Source: an uncultured Candidatus Saccharibacteria bacterium
Lineage (GTDB): Bacteria > Patescibacteriota > Saccharimonadia > Saccharimonadales > JAGQNJ01
Assembly: GCA_964602865.1 (NCBI GenBank)
Contig: CAZRSX010000004.1
Span: 20,388 to 84,387 of the forward strand
Reading direction: 5' to 3'
DNA: 64,000 bases
Every line of letters starts with the position of its first letter. Within the stretch, counting starts at the first letter, position 1. Of the stretch, positions 25,880-34,294 are shown piece by piece. A program made the position numbers and the translations under genes. The notes under the pieces were generated by a model. It made no database searches. It was not told the origin of the DNA and saw only the letters and a program-made list of their open reading frames with translations.

Positions 25880-25908
25880 ATAATACTACAAAAACGTCAA
25901 CGTGTCAA
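25880..25908 (-). promoter_or_regulatory. Candidate promoter TTGACA-17-TATTAT
   Basis: Reverse strand: cgcTTGACAcgttgacgtttttgtagTATTATgtcc. Confidence 0.5.
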
Positions 25909-26023
25909 GCGATTTTGTAAAAATACTTTTGGTTATTTACCTCAAGGGACTGGCGTCGTATTTTAGCATAAGACAAAAACGTCAACTCCAAAATATCTGT
26001 CTTTTTGCCTACGTTTTAGTTAC

Positions 26024-26419
26024 TTAGTATTTCAAGTCCAGCCCAGAGTGAAAACCCTTAGGTTTCTCATAATGCTTGCTCAAGAAACGTCGTCTTAGAA
26101 TCCAGCCCGCGGCACCTACCAAAAGGGCTAGGCTTGCGGCTCCTGTCATTTCGGGAATATTGTTAGCCTCTTGACTGGCAAGCGCTTCATCAGAAGTGGA
26201 GACTGGTATTTCAGGGCTTAGTATTTGATCTTCAACAACTTGTCCTATTTGAGCACCAGCAAGTGCTGCAAGTCCAGTTGAAAGTACTACACCTCCAAAT
26301 GTTCTAACACCGTCTACCATTCTCAAATAATCAGGGTCATTCCAAGGATCATTCCAACCAGTTTTGGGTTCATCACCAAAAAGATCTGGATTGTTTTGGG
26401 AGTCTATGTCTATTGTCAT
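26024..26419 (-). CDS. Small two-TM protein with internal IPEMTG-hydrophobic-RRRF (sorting-signal-like) segment
   Basis: 131 aa; acidic N-terminus (DPWNDPDY); two hydrophobic helices. Confidence 0.45.
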   Translation of the reverse strand: MTIDIDSQNNPDLFGDEPKTGWNDPWNDPDYLRMVDGVRTFGGVVLSTGLAALAGAQIGQVVEDQILSPEIPVSTSDEALASQEANNIPEMTGAASLALLVGAAGWILRRRFLSKHYEKPKGFHSGLDLKY

Positions 26420-26485
26420 AATTTTTATTATGAATAATTTTTAACATTTGTCAAGTAGCATCAGGTCGCCTGCATAAATTTAGGC

Positions 26486-27460
26486 TTAGGTAATCGCGGT
26501 TTGTTTCTTATACTTGGCCTTCCGCGCAGTATCTCCCCACGGTTCAATGGTATATTTTCTGAAGAAGTTATTGGCTCCTATGGCAACCATAAACATTCTG
26601 AGGTGTTGTATGTCGTAGTCTGCACCAAGGTTCACATAGCTAAAGCCTTGCTCTGTAAACCATCTGGAAAACACATATGCAATTAGCTCGAAGCCGAACA
26701 TTGATTGGTGCGTTGCCTTGATGTGTTTTACTACGACGTATCTTTTGTCGCTGGGAACTTTGTACAGACAAAAACCATATAATTCGTTGTCTACATAGAG
26801 GCACAGATTATCTATGCCAAGCCGATCAGCATTCTTTATGTAGAATGTCATGCAATCGTCCTCTATGCTACCGAAGTCGTTGATCGGATTTTTTGTACGC
26901 CATGCTACCGCAGACAACAATTGATCTTTGCCAGCCTTGGTATTTAAATCCACCTTCGTGGCAACAATGTGCTCGGCACCAAATTCTTTGAACTGTTTTT
27001 CTACTTTTTTACGCCAGTGGCCCACCATATTACCCAAAGGATAAAAGTGGGATAATGGCACAATGCATTCATTTAAACGCCTGGTTTCTTCCAGATGAAA
27101 AAGTTCGTGATATTTAATCTGTTGAACCGTGAATTCCGGCACATTGACCAGGCGAACGGGTTCACCCTGAGCTTGTAAATAATCAAAAATCTCGCATATG
27201 GACTCGTCTATATTTTTTGTGCCGATCAAAGAAAGTCCAGAGTTAATTTCATCACCCGGCAACCAATAAGGTATAACCAGGTTATCATTAAGCTTGCTTA
27301 TAGTGATGTTGTTTAAAGGGTTCCACCAGGCCATAAGACCAGGAAACGAAATGTCATAAATTGGCGGGAAATCAGCAATCAAGGCTTCGTAAGCCTCTTT
27401 ATGGCCAAAAGTAAGCTCGGTAAATGTGGGAAAACTACTAAATGTATGTGTCGTTTTCAC
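26486..27460 (-). CDS. DUF2156 / phosphatidylglycerol-lysyltransferase-C-terminal-like (aminoacyl-tRNA-dependent transferase fold), tentative
   Basis: Pattern ISFPGLMAWW ... GHWRKKVEKQFKEF ... VNLGADYDIQHLRMFMVAIG..FFRKYTI resembles DUF2156. Start set at the GTG preceded by AGGAG (track ORF extends to 27535). Confidence 0.5.
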   Translation of the reverse strand: MKTTHTFSSFPTFTELTFGHKEAYEALIADFPPIYDISFPGLMAWWNPLNNITISKLNDNLVIPYWLPGDEINSGLSLIGTKNIDESICEIFDYLQAQGEPVRLVNVPEFTVQQIKYHELFHLEETRRLNECIVPLSHFYPLGNMVGHWRKKVEKQFKEFGAEHIVATKVDLNTKAGKDQLLSAVAWRTKNPINDFGSIEDDCMTFYIKNADRLGIDNLCLYVDNELYGFCLYKVPSDKRYVVVKHIKATHQSMFGFELIAYVFSRWFTEQGFSYVNLGADYDIQHLRMFMVAIGANNFFRKYTIEPWGDTARKAKYKKQTAIT

Positions 27461-27741
27461 TTTATTACTCCTGATACGTACCACGATACTCTTGTATTGG
27501 TAAATGCGCCAGCTAAAAATCATTGCAAGATGCAACGCTATAGCTGAGGAACCGGATAATGGTCAATCAAGGATTGACAAATGTGGCTGCAAGGCAATCT
27601 GATGAGCTCAGCTTGTCGTTTTCACTCATATATTATACCACGATTACTGCTATTATGCTTATAGCTTGGTCCTTCGTGCTGATGGGATAATTACCTTGCT
27701 AAAATATTTACGTACATACAAAAATCTGCTATAAACTATTT

Positions 27742-28332
27742 ATGTACGTGCTTGGACAAGGCTTGAGTTTACCAGAGACAGAGCGTCCCCTGCCTTCGTT
27801 TGTGGTAACGGGAGCATCGGCTTCTGGCAAAACTACCCTGGTAGAGGAAGCTTTACAGTATGGTTATGCACACCTACCAACAGAGACAACAAGATCTCCA
27901 AGGGTCGGCGAGACTCCTGGAGTCCATAGCACATTCATAGAAGAATCTGCTTTTCAGGAAAACTTCGTAGCTGGTAAATACCTGGAGGAGAGTCTCGAGT
28001 ATGCACGCGTAGGAGTCACCCGTGTTTACTATGGCACTCCTAAGTCATGGCTCAAGGAGTTGCGTACAGACGGACGATGTGCGACACCGATTGCTCCAGA
28101 CATTGCACGGGTTGTACTTCGTTATGCTAATGTACAGTGGATACACCTTGTCTGTGATGACCTTGACAGGGCCAAGAGACTACGAACACGCGGCATAAGT
28201 GAGCGAGAGGTGGTAGCCCGTATGAATGGCGGGCATAGTATTAGAGAGCTGCCTGAAGAGTCAGTGGTCATTAATACCTCCGAGGTACGACCAGCAATCA
28301 TATTACAACGAATTATGGAGCATAGATCATGA
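27742..28332 (+). CDS. Guanylate-kinase-like P-loop nucleoside-monophosphate kinase
   Basis: GASASGKTTL ... TETTRSPRVGETPGVHSTFIEESAF...GKYLE...YYGTPK parallels Gmk (GPSGxGKST...TTRxPRxGExDGxDYxF...YGT). Confidence 0.7.
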   Translation: MYVLGQGLSLPETERPLPSFVVTGASASGKTTLVEEALQYGYAHLPTETTRSPRVGETPGVHSTFIEESAFQENFVAGKYLEESLEYARVGVTRVYYGTPKSWLKELRTDGRCATPIAPDIARVVLRYANVQWIHLVCDDLDRAKRLRTRGISEREVVARMNGGHSIRELPEESVVINTSEVRPAIILQRIMEHRS

Positions 28333-29774
28333 GTGGGCTTTATGAAAATCAAAAAACAGTTCGCAGTCTTAGGGCAATGATTGAGGACGTGCGCCCTCAG
28401 GGTAGCGAGACCTATTTTTTTGTGCTCGGACATCCTCGATCAGATATCGGCAAGGGGACACTGGTTGCACAGTTACTAGCCTGCACACCAGGATCAGATG
28501 CGATTAAATTTGATGGGCTGCTTAACACGAATGAAAACGGTCGCCACACTGCAGTCGGTCATGATGATTTTGGCGTATACGAGCGGTTTAATTCGGGTCG
28601 GAGTTGGGGTCGCGAACATTATCTGTTGGGAGGTGAGCTGTACCGAGACTTCATTAATGAGTTTGGCGAAAACGAAAATCTTCAGATTAATCCTCACCTA
28701 TCGCTCTATGTGGAATACAGGATTCATAAAATGTGGCAGGACGTTGGCCGACCAAAGCATTTTTTCATTGAGGTTGGGGGGCTACTCGCAGACCCTGAAG
28801 TTGATCCCATATTTACCCCCATCATACAACGTCTAGGAGAGGATGGTCTGGGTAAAGTTATTATGCTGACGGAAATGTCTTGGAATGGTGAACATATTAA
28901 AACTAAGGCGGCCCAGAGTGCAGTACAAGAACTTGCTTCTCGTCATATTAGGCCATGGTGCGTAGTGGTCAGAGATGCTCCAGATATTACCAACACCACA
29001 TGGTCAGAACGGCTTGAGTTTGAGCGAGTAATCTCGGCCAAAATTTTCAATAGCTTTAACTTCCGTCTAATGCGTGTTATATCTGTCCCTTATTTTGCGA
29101 ATTTACAGAAGTACACGGAATACATTATACAAAGATTCAGACCATTCCTATCAAGAAGCGAGTCGAACAACATCGTTATTGCCACAGGCAATGATGCTAA
29201 GTTTGCAGATTTTAGACTGTATCTTGACGGCAGACATTATTTACAGCAATCAAGAGAAATGCCTCAACGCGTAGAGGTGCCTGAAGGTATTAGCTCAATC
29301 GAAGATAACGCAATCGCCAAAGCAAGGGCATGGGCTGTAACGACTGGCCAGCTTGCCATTGGTGACGACACGGGGTTCTTTATGCGTGAACTCAACGGTG
29401 AACCAGGAGTAGCGCTTCGCCGTTGGGGCGGCGAACTTGGCGAGGATGCAACACATGAAGATTTTTGGCATTATCTGCAAGATAAAACCAAGAACCTGCG
29501 CAATCTTGGCTGCTACTTTGAGCAGTGTATTGCTATTGTGTCCCCAAACGGGGAAATGCGCATTATACGCAACCGCAATGAAGGCGTGTTAAATAGGGAA
29601 AAGTTGCAACTTCCATACAATGGGAGTGGCTATCCTCTCGGTGCCGCATTTGAGTCAAACGCACGCGAACAAGGCAAAACATGGGACAGCATGACCGATC
29701 AAGAAAAGCGGGACTTTGATAAGGAGTTAATTGCTAAAATTGCCAACGCGCTTGATTCGCTTTCTCGCACCTAG
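28329..29774 (+). CDS. Fusion: CTP-synthase N-terminal (amidoligase) domain-like, without glutaminase domain, plus Ham1/RdgB-type NTP pyrophosphatase domain
   Basis: N-terminal half: YFFVLGHPRSDIGKGT, FDGLLNTNENG, DFGVYERF, FFIEVGGLLADPE, IKTKAAQSAVQEL parallel PyrG. C-terminal half: VIATGNDAKF, IEDNAIAKA, GDDTGF...GEPG parallel RdgB. Confidence 0.7.
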   Translation: MSGLYENQKTVRSLRAMIEDVRPQGSETYFFVLGHPRSDIGKGTLVAQLLACTPGSDAIKFDGLLNTNENGRHTAVGHDDFGVYERFNSGRSWGREHYLLGGELYRDFINEFGENENLQINPHLSLYVEYRIHKMWQDVGRPKHFFIEVGGLLADPEVDPIFTPIIQRLGEDGLGKVIMLTEMSWNGEHIKTKAAQSAVQELASRHIRPWCVVVRDAPDITNTTWSERLEFERVISAKIFNSFNFRLMRVISVPYFANLQKYTEYIIQRFRPFLSRSESNNIVIATGNDAKFADFRLYLDGRHYLQQSREMPQRVEVPEGISSIEDNAIAKARAWAVTTGQLAIGDDTGFFMRELNGEPGVALRRWGGELGEDATHEDFWHYLQDKTKNLRNLGCYFEQCIAIVSPNGEMRIIRNRNEGVLNREKLQLPYNGSGYPLGAAFESNAREQGKTWDSMTDQEKRDFDKELIAKIANALDSLSRT

Positions 29775-29811
29775 ATTAATTTTAAACTTGCGAGGAGACT
29801 ACCCCTTCACG

Positions 29812-30435
29812 CTAATACAGCTCGTGTTCCTCAAGATAAGAGTGCAGGGCTTTGCCGAGTTTAGCCCAACTGATTTCAACCTGTAGCTGCTCAGATGGGC
29901 TCAGGTCAAAGAAATTCTTTCCTCCAAACTGAGGAAACTCCCAAATTGAACACAGCCAAATTCCCGGTTTGTATTTGTTCGGATCAAAATGATTTCCCAT
30001 GAGTCCCTCTATCCCCTTGACGGCGATGCTAAACAACCGCTTGTCATTTTTACACAGTGCTATCGCCTCTTGCCAGAACATTGTCCGCTCAAAACCGGTT
30101 TTGCCTCGCATCAGGTGCAACACTTTGTCGATTCTATCTCTGTCGGTCGCATTATTACCTGCAAATCGTCGAGTATAGAGCGGGTTCCATTCTGGTAGCG
30201 ATGGAATAATCACACCTCCGTCCGTTGCTACAACCAGCCCGTCAAAAGTTTTTGAGTACTCTTGTGCCTTCAGAATTGCATTTTTCTCAAATGAGGCCTC
30301 ATTTTCCTGAATCTGGAGATCTTCAACGTCATCAAGTGTGTAGAATTTTACATCCCTATTTTTCCGTTGAAACATCTGTTTGATCTTATGAACTTTGTGA
30401 GGATTTTTTGTCGCGATGAGAATATTTTGCGGCAT
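29812..30435 (-). CDS. Divergent Ham1/RdgB-like NTP pyrophosphatase paralogue
   Basis: ILIATKNPHKVHKI...ENEASFEKNAILKAQ...VVATDGGV. Start at the ATG preceded by GGGAGAT (track ORF extends to 30498). Confidence 0.6.
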   Translation of the reverse strand: MPQNILIATKNPHKVHKIKQMFQRKNRDVKFYTLDDVEDLQIQENEASFEKNAILKAQEYSKTFDGLVVATDGGVIIPSLPEWNPLYTRRFAGNNATDRDRIDKVLHLMRGKTGFERTMFWQEAIALCKNDKRLFSIAVKGIEGLMGNHFDPNKYKPGIWLCSIWEFPQFGGKNFFDLSPSEQLQVEISWAKLGKALHSYLEEHELY

Positions 30436-30642
30436 TTTTATCTCCCAGATAATTGGTTTTGCTCCATAATAACATCTTGCTCTCTTGATAGGCTTCAAAG
30501 ATTAAGTGTCATGGGCTTTTGACAGAGCCACGCTTGACAAACGCCGAAGCGGGGCATATAACTATAAGCAGAACATTAGAAGCAAAAAGCAGCGTATCGT
30601 CCACGAAGGCGGTGCGCTGTTTTTCATGTAGAAAGGCGCATC

Positions 30643-31014
30643 ATGGCACACAAAATCCTTATCATCGAAGACGACCAAGCTATCTCACAGATGTATCGTA
30701 TTAAGTTTGAGAGTGAGGGGTATAGTGTTGAGACGGCTGAGAATGGGAAGTTAGGCTTAGCGTTAGCAGAGACTATGAAGCCAGACATTATTCTGTTGGA
30801 CTTAATGATGCCCGAGATGACTGGTGATGAGATGTTGAAGAAACTGAGAGCTACCACATGGGGTAAGACCATCAAGGTGGTGATATTGACGAATATGGGG
30901 GAGGCCGAGATAACCGAAAACGTTTTGGAGCTGGGCGTCGACGGTTTTATCGTCAAGGCGCAGTACACTCCTACTCAGGTGGTCGAGAAGCTCAAACAGA
31001 TCCTGACCGAGTAA
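30643..31014 (+). CDS. Single-domain response regulator (receiver only), RR-1
   Basis: ILIIEDD...DIILLDLMMPEMTG...VVILTN...KA. N-terminal 81 codons are identical in DNA to RR-3. Confidence 0.9.
   Translation: MAHKILIIEDDQAISQMYRIKFESEGYSVETAENGKLGLALAETMKPDIILLDLMMPEMTGDEMLKKLRATTWGKTIKVVILTNMGEAEITENVLELGVDGFIVKAQYTPTQVVEKLKQILTE
30661..30903 (+). repeat. 243-bp perfect direct repeat, copy 1
   Basis: Base-for-base identical to 35470-35712 (checked by eye line by line). Confidence 0.95.
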
Positions 31015-31073
31015 GGCAGTCTAGGCTTAATATCAATGCTGCTGAGGCCAGCATAAACAAAGTAACTCTAGTG

Positions 31074-32093
31074 CTACGAGACAGGAACCGTGCTAAAGTC
31101 TGAGATAACACCGTGTGTGGCATGCTGAGATAAGCGGACAAGCGAAGAATTGTCATAGACGTCTCCACGGACAGTTATAATGTCTCCTACAACGGCACAG
31201 CCAATATACTGATACCCTTCGAGAAGCACCGTTACTTTATCTCCTGATCTATTTTCACAGAGCAAAGCCGGTGATGTACAGAAACCTTCTGAATCATCAA
31301 TAACTTGGAGCTGCCCTTCGTAAGGACAGCTCCGTTCATGGCAAGGTACTGCATCCCAAAGGCTCGGTGAGCCGGGATCCCGTGCAACTTTAAGATCTAT
31401 CGAAAGTGGGTACGGATCGGGCAACCTTATCTGTGAAGTTGCCCATCGCTTTGCTTTTAAGTGTTGGCGTTTTTCGGGTAGTCGTTGATACGGGTCAATA
31501 TCTGACCATAAAAATGCTGATTGGAGCTCGTTCATTACGCCCTTAAACTCTTCAAAATTTGATGCCTGAAAAACAATGTCAACATCATCAACCGGTTTTG
31601 GCGCTACCCCTACAAGCCCGAACGAAGCTGCTCCGTACAGCGCTAGATCATCGGTCGTTACCCCCGCTTTTTCGAGAGCCGTACAGGCTATTTGTAAGGC
31701 AGCCTGAAACGGCTGGGCTAAATCACTTTCAAAACCAAACCACGTATCAAGCTTCTTGTACTTCGAATCAGCCGATGTACAGCTAGATGTATCCAAAAAT
31801 ATTCCGACGGCCTCTGCGGAAGTATAGGCTAAAAGACGTTCAACTATCTCGTTACGTTCTATTGTTTCAAGTCGCTCACGTTCTTCTGGCAATCCTTGGT
31901 ATACAAATCTTCGGAAATATTCATCTCCCTCAAGGGCTCGTTTTGTAGCCTGTTCTGGTTGTGTTTGATAATACGCTGCAACTGCATCATGCTGATTCAA
32001 ACCAAGAGAACGACCGAGACAATATATAACGCTAAGCTCGTCTTGCACGTATACCCATTCGTTTTGAATAGATTCAGTGACGGGTGTGTTCAT
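31074..32093 (-). CDS. Pol-beta-superfamily nucleotidyltransferase-like protein with N-terminal helical domain and C-terminal OB-like domain
   Basis: LYGAASFGLVGVAPKPVDDVDIVF fits the G[SA]...DxD NTase signature. The C-terminal beta-rich VTVLLEGYQYIGCAVVGDIITVRGDVY is OB-like (inference). Confidence 0.45.
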   Translation of the reverse strand: MNTPVTESIQNEWVYVQDELSVIYCLGRSLGLNQHDAVAAYYQTQPEQATKRALEGDEYFRRFVYQGLPEERERLETIERNEIVERLLAYTSAEAVGIFLDTSSCTSADSKYKKLDTWFGFESDLAQPFQAALQIACTALEKAGVTTDDLALYGAASFGLVGVAPKPVDDVDIVFQASNFEEFKGVMNELQSAFLWSDIDPYQRLPEKRQHLKAKRWATSQIRLPDPYPLSIDLKVARDPGSPSLWDAVPCHERSCPYEGQLQVIDDSEGFCTSPALLCENRSGDKVTVLLEGYQYIGCAVVGDIITVRGDVYDNSSLVRLSQHATHGVISDFSTVPVS

Positions 32094-33193
32094 GGCCGGT
32101 TTACATTTTCTAACGATTCGGCCTGTGCTGCGTACATCATTGCTTCTGTAACTGTCATCGCACTAATCCCGTCCTTGAGTGTAGCAGACCAACTAAAGTC
32201 AAGTGGAATGCCTGCCGCGATTAACAACATCTCGGCCATTTGAAACGCGAAGCAATCGTGCCAACTAAATGGGTGTGCGCCCTGAACAGTTGGAGAGGCC
32301 CACATTGTAGAGAACATTTCGTCAGGTCGAACATTTTTCTGAGAAACCGTTCCCGTTATATCTCGTATAAATAAATCATTCAAGAAAGCACGATCAATAC
32401 GTAACGCGCCCTTTTCACCATCTATTTCAATATACCCAGTTAAAGGATGCCCGGGACTTGTTCTTGATGCGCTCAAGGTACCAAACGCACCATTCTCAAG
32501 GTTTATCAATGAACTCACTGCATCGTCATTCGTGGCTGATCTCGTGCCCGGGACACTCCATACTCGGCTCGCAGCCTGTACTGAGGTTATATCTCCAGCC
32601 AAAAATTGCAGCAAATCAATATGATGAGAACCTAAATCATCAATAGCACCATGCCCAGCTTGCTTCCTATCAAAGCGCCAGTCATACGAGCCATCGGGTC
32701 GACGCATGTTTAATAGATACACCGATCTGACCATTCGTATTTTGCCAAGATGTCCTGCATTAATATACTCTTTAGCCCGTTGCACTGCGGGGACGAAACG
32801 ATTGACATACGCCACGCGTAGACGTGGATTATCGTTGCCAAGTCTATATATCTCCATGGCTTCTGCATACTCTGCAGCCATGGGCTTTTCTAGAAGCACT
32901 GCAATTCCAGCTTTCACTGCCTGCTTTATAATCGGAAGGTGCTCATTATTAGGTAGAGCCACAATGATTAGGTCAAGGTCGTAATCAAACAGTCGTTCCC
33001 AATTCTTTTCTGCATGCTCCCAGCCGTACTGCTCGGCAGCAGCATGAGCGCGCTCTACCTCTGTATCTACCGCGACAACCAATTCCGGTTTAACTTGTTT
33101 CGAAATAGTTGAACCTTTAACTAGAATCAAAGAACGTGCATGTATATTTCCTGCAAATCCGCAACCTGCGAGTCCAACTCTTACTTTTCTCAT
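32090..33193 (-). CDS. Gfo/Idh/MocA family oxidoreductase
   Basis: MRKVRVGLAGCGFAGNIHA Rossmann start; ..EKPMA..; start at the internal ATG (track ORF extends to 33391). Confidence 0.8.
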   Translation of the reverse strand: MRKVRVGLAGCGFAGNIHARSLILVKGSTISKQVKPELVVAVDTEVERAHAAAEQYGWEHAEKNWERLFDYDLDLIIVALPNNEHLPIIKQAVKAGIAVLLEKPMAAEYAEAMEIYRLGNDNPRLRVAYVNRFVPAVQRAKEYINAGHLGKIRMVRSVYLLNMRRPDGSYDWRFDRKQAGHGAIDDLGSHHIDLLQFLAGDITSVQAASRVWSVPGTRSATNDDAVSSLINLENGAFGTLSASRTSPGHPLTGYIEIDGEKGALRIDRAFLNDLFIRDITGTVSQKNVRPDEMFSTMWASPTVQGAHPFSWHDCFAFQMAEMLLIAAGIPLDFSWSATLKDGISAMTVTEAMMYAAQAESLENVNRP

Positions 33194-33204
33194 AAAACGT
33201 TCTC

Positions 33205-33642
33205 CTAAAGAGATTCCTCTATCATAGCTATCATCTGTTTTGTCATTTCTGCAGTCATTGGAACTTGAGGCCTTTGGTCTCGCCATGGTGCGCGATCCGG
33301 ATCCGCTTCTTCGCTCGGAAAACGTGGAATGAGATGCATGTGTATATGAGCTACCTTGTTGCCGAGTACTGCAATATTGACTCGCTTGCAATGAGTCGCT
33401 TGCTTAATAGCACGTACTACCTTCTGCGAATCTTGTACAAAAGTACTCAGCAATTCTGGTGGCACCATTTCCCAGGAATCATAGTGCTCGCGGAGTGCCA
33501 GTATGCACCGTCCGCGAAAACGAGAGTCGTTGTACAAAACGAGATCGCTGACTGGCAAAGATTTTATTCGGTCGCGTAGTTTGAACCCACAGGCTGGGCA
33601 TGGAGCGTCAAAAAGAGGTTTTGTTAGATCATCAGATTTCAT
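33205..33642 (-). CDS. HIT family nucleotide hydrolase/transferase
   Basis: Histidine triad HIHMHLIPR; N-terminal CPACGF zinc motif. Confidence 0.85.
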   Translation of the reverse strand: MKSDDLTKPLFDAPCPACGFKLRDRIKSLPVSDLVLYNDSRFRGRCILALREHYDSWEMVPPELLSTFVQDSQKVVRAIKQATHCKRVNIAVLGNKVAHIHMHLIPRFPSEEADPDRAPWRDQRPQVPMTAEMTKQMIAMIEESL

Positions 33643-33700
33643 GAGTACACTATACGCTTCTAATAATAACTAGTAAACGTCAATCTTGTTATAATGCTCA

Positions 33701-34285
33701 GTGATGGGAAATCTTATTTTAATACGACACGGTGAGTCGGAATGGAACGCTTCAGGCAGATTTGCCGGAACGGCTGATATATCACTAACTACTAAGGGAC
33801 GCCAACAAGCTCGCGACATTGCTCGGCACCTTCCCCGCCTCAAGCTTAACGCTGTTTACGCTTCCGAACTTAAACGTGCGAAGCAAACGTTACATGAAAT
33901 AGTAACCACTCGTGGCTTATCAGGCGTTTCTATTGTCACCGCCGGTGCGCTCAACGAACGAGATTATGGCAACTTCACCGGGCAACTTAAAACTGAAATC
34001 ATTAGTAAGATTGGCGAGAATGGATATGCTCAACTGCGCAATAGATGGGACTATAAGCCGCCGGCCGGAGAATCCCTAGAGATGCTGTCTGATAGAGTTG
34101 TGAATTTTTTCGAATCAAGAATTATGCCAGATTTAAAAAAAGATTACAACGTACTTGTGGTTTCTCACAACAACACGCTTCGAGTGCTCATTCTGCACTT
34201 GAGAAAACTTCCGCCGACTAAAATTCAGACTATCCAATTAGGTAATGGGGAGATTGTCTCATTCTCATTTGAAAAAACTTTATGA
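33701..34285 (+). CDS. Histidine phosphatase family protein (phosphoglycerate-mutase-like)
   Basis: LIRHGESEWN catalytic motif; ...VVSHNNTLR. Confidence 0.8.
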   Translation: MMGNLILIRHGESEWNASGRFAGTADISLTTKGRQQARDIARHLPRLKLNAVYASELKRAKQTLHEIVTTRGLSGVSIVTAGALNERDYGNFTGQLKTEIISKIGENGYAQLRNRWDYKPPAGESLEMLSDRVVNFFESRIMPDLKKDYNVLVVSHNNTLRVLILHLRKLPPTKIQTIQLGNGEIVSFSFEKTL

Positions 34286-34294
34286 CCGTCTGTT

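Noticed and set aside
30624-30968. Antisense ORFs 30624-30968 and 35361-35870 with a long identical stretch
   Set aside because: Their identity simply mirrors the 243-bp repeat in the sense-strand response-regulator genes. The receiver-domain frames are the real genes.
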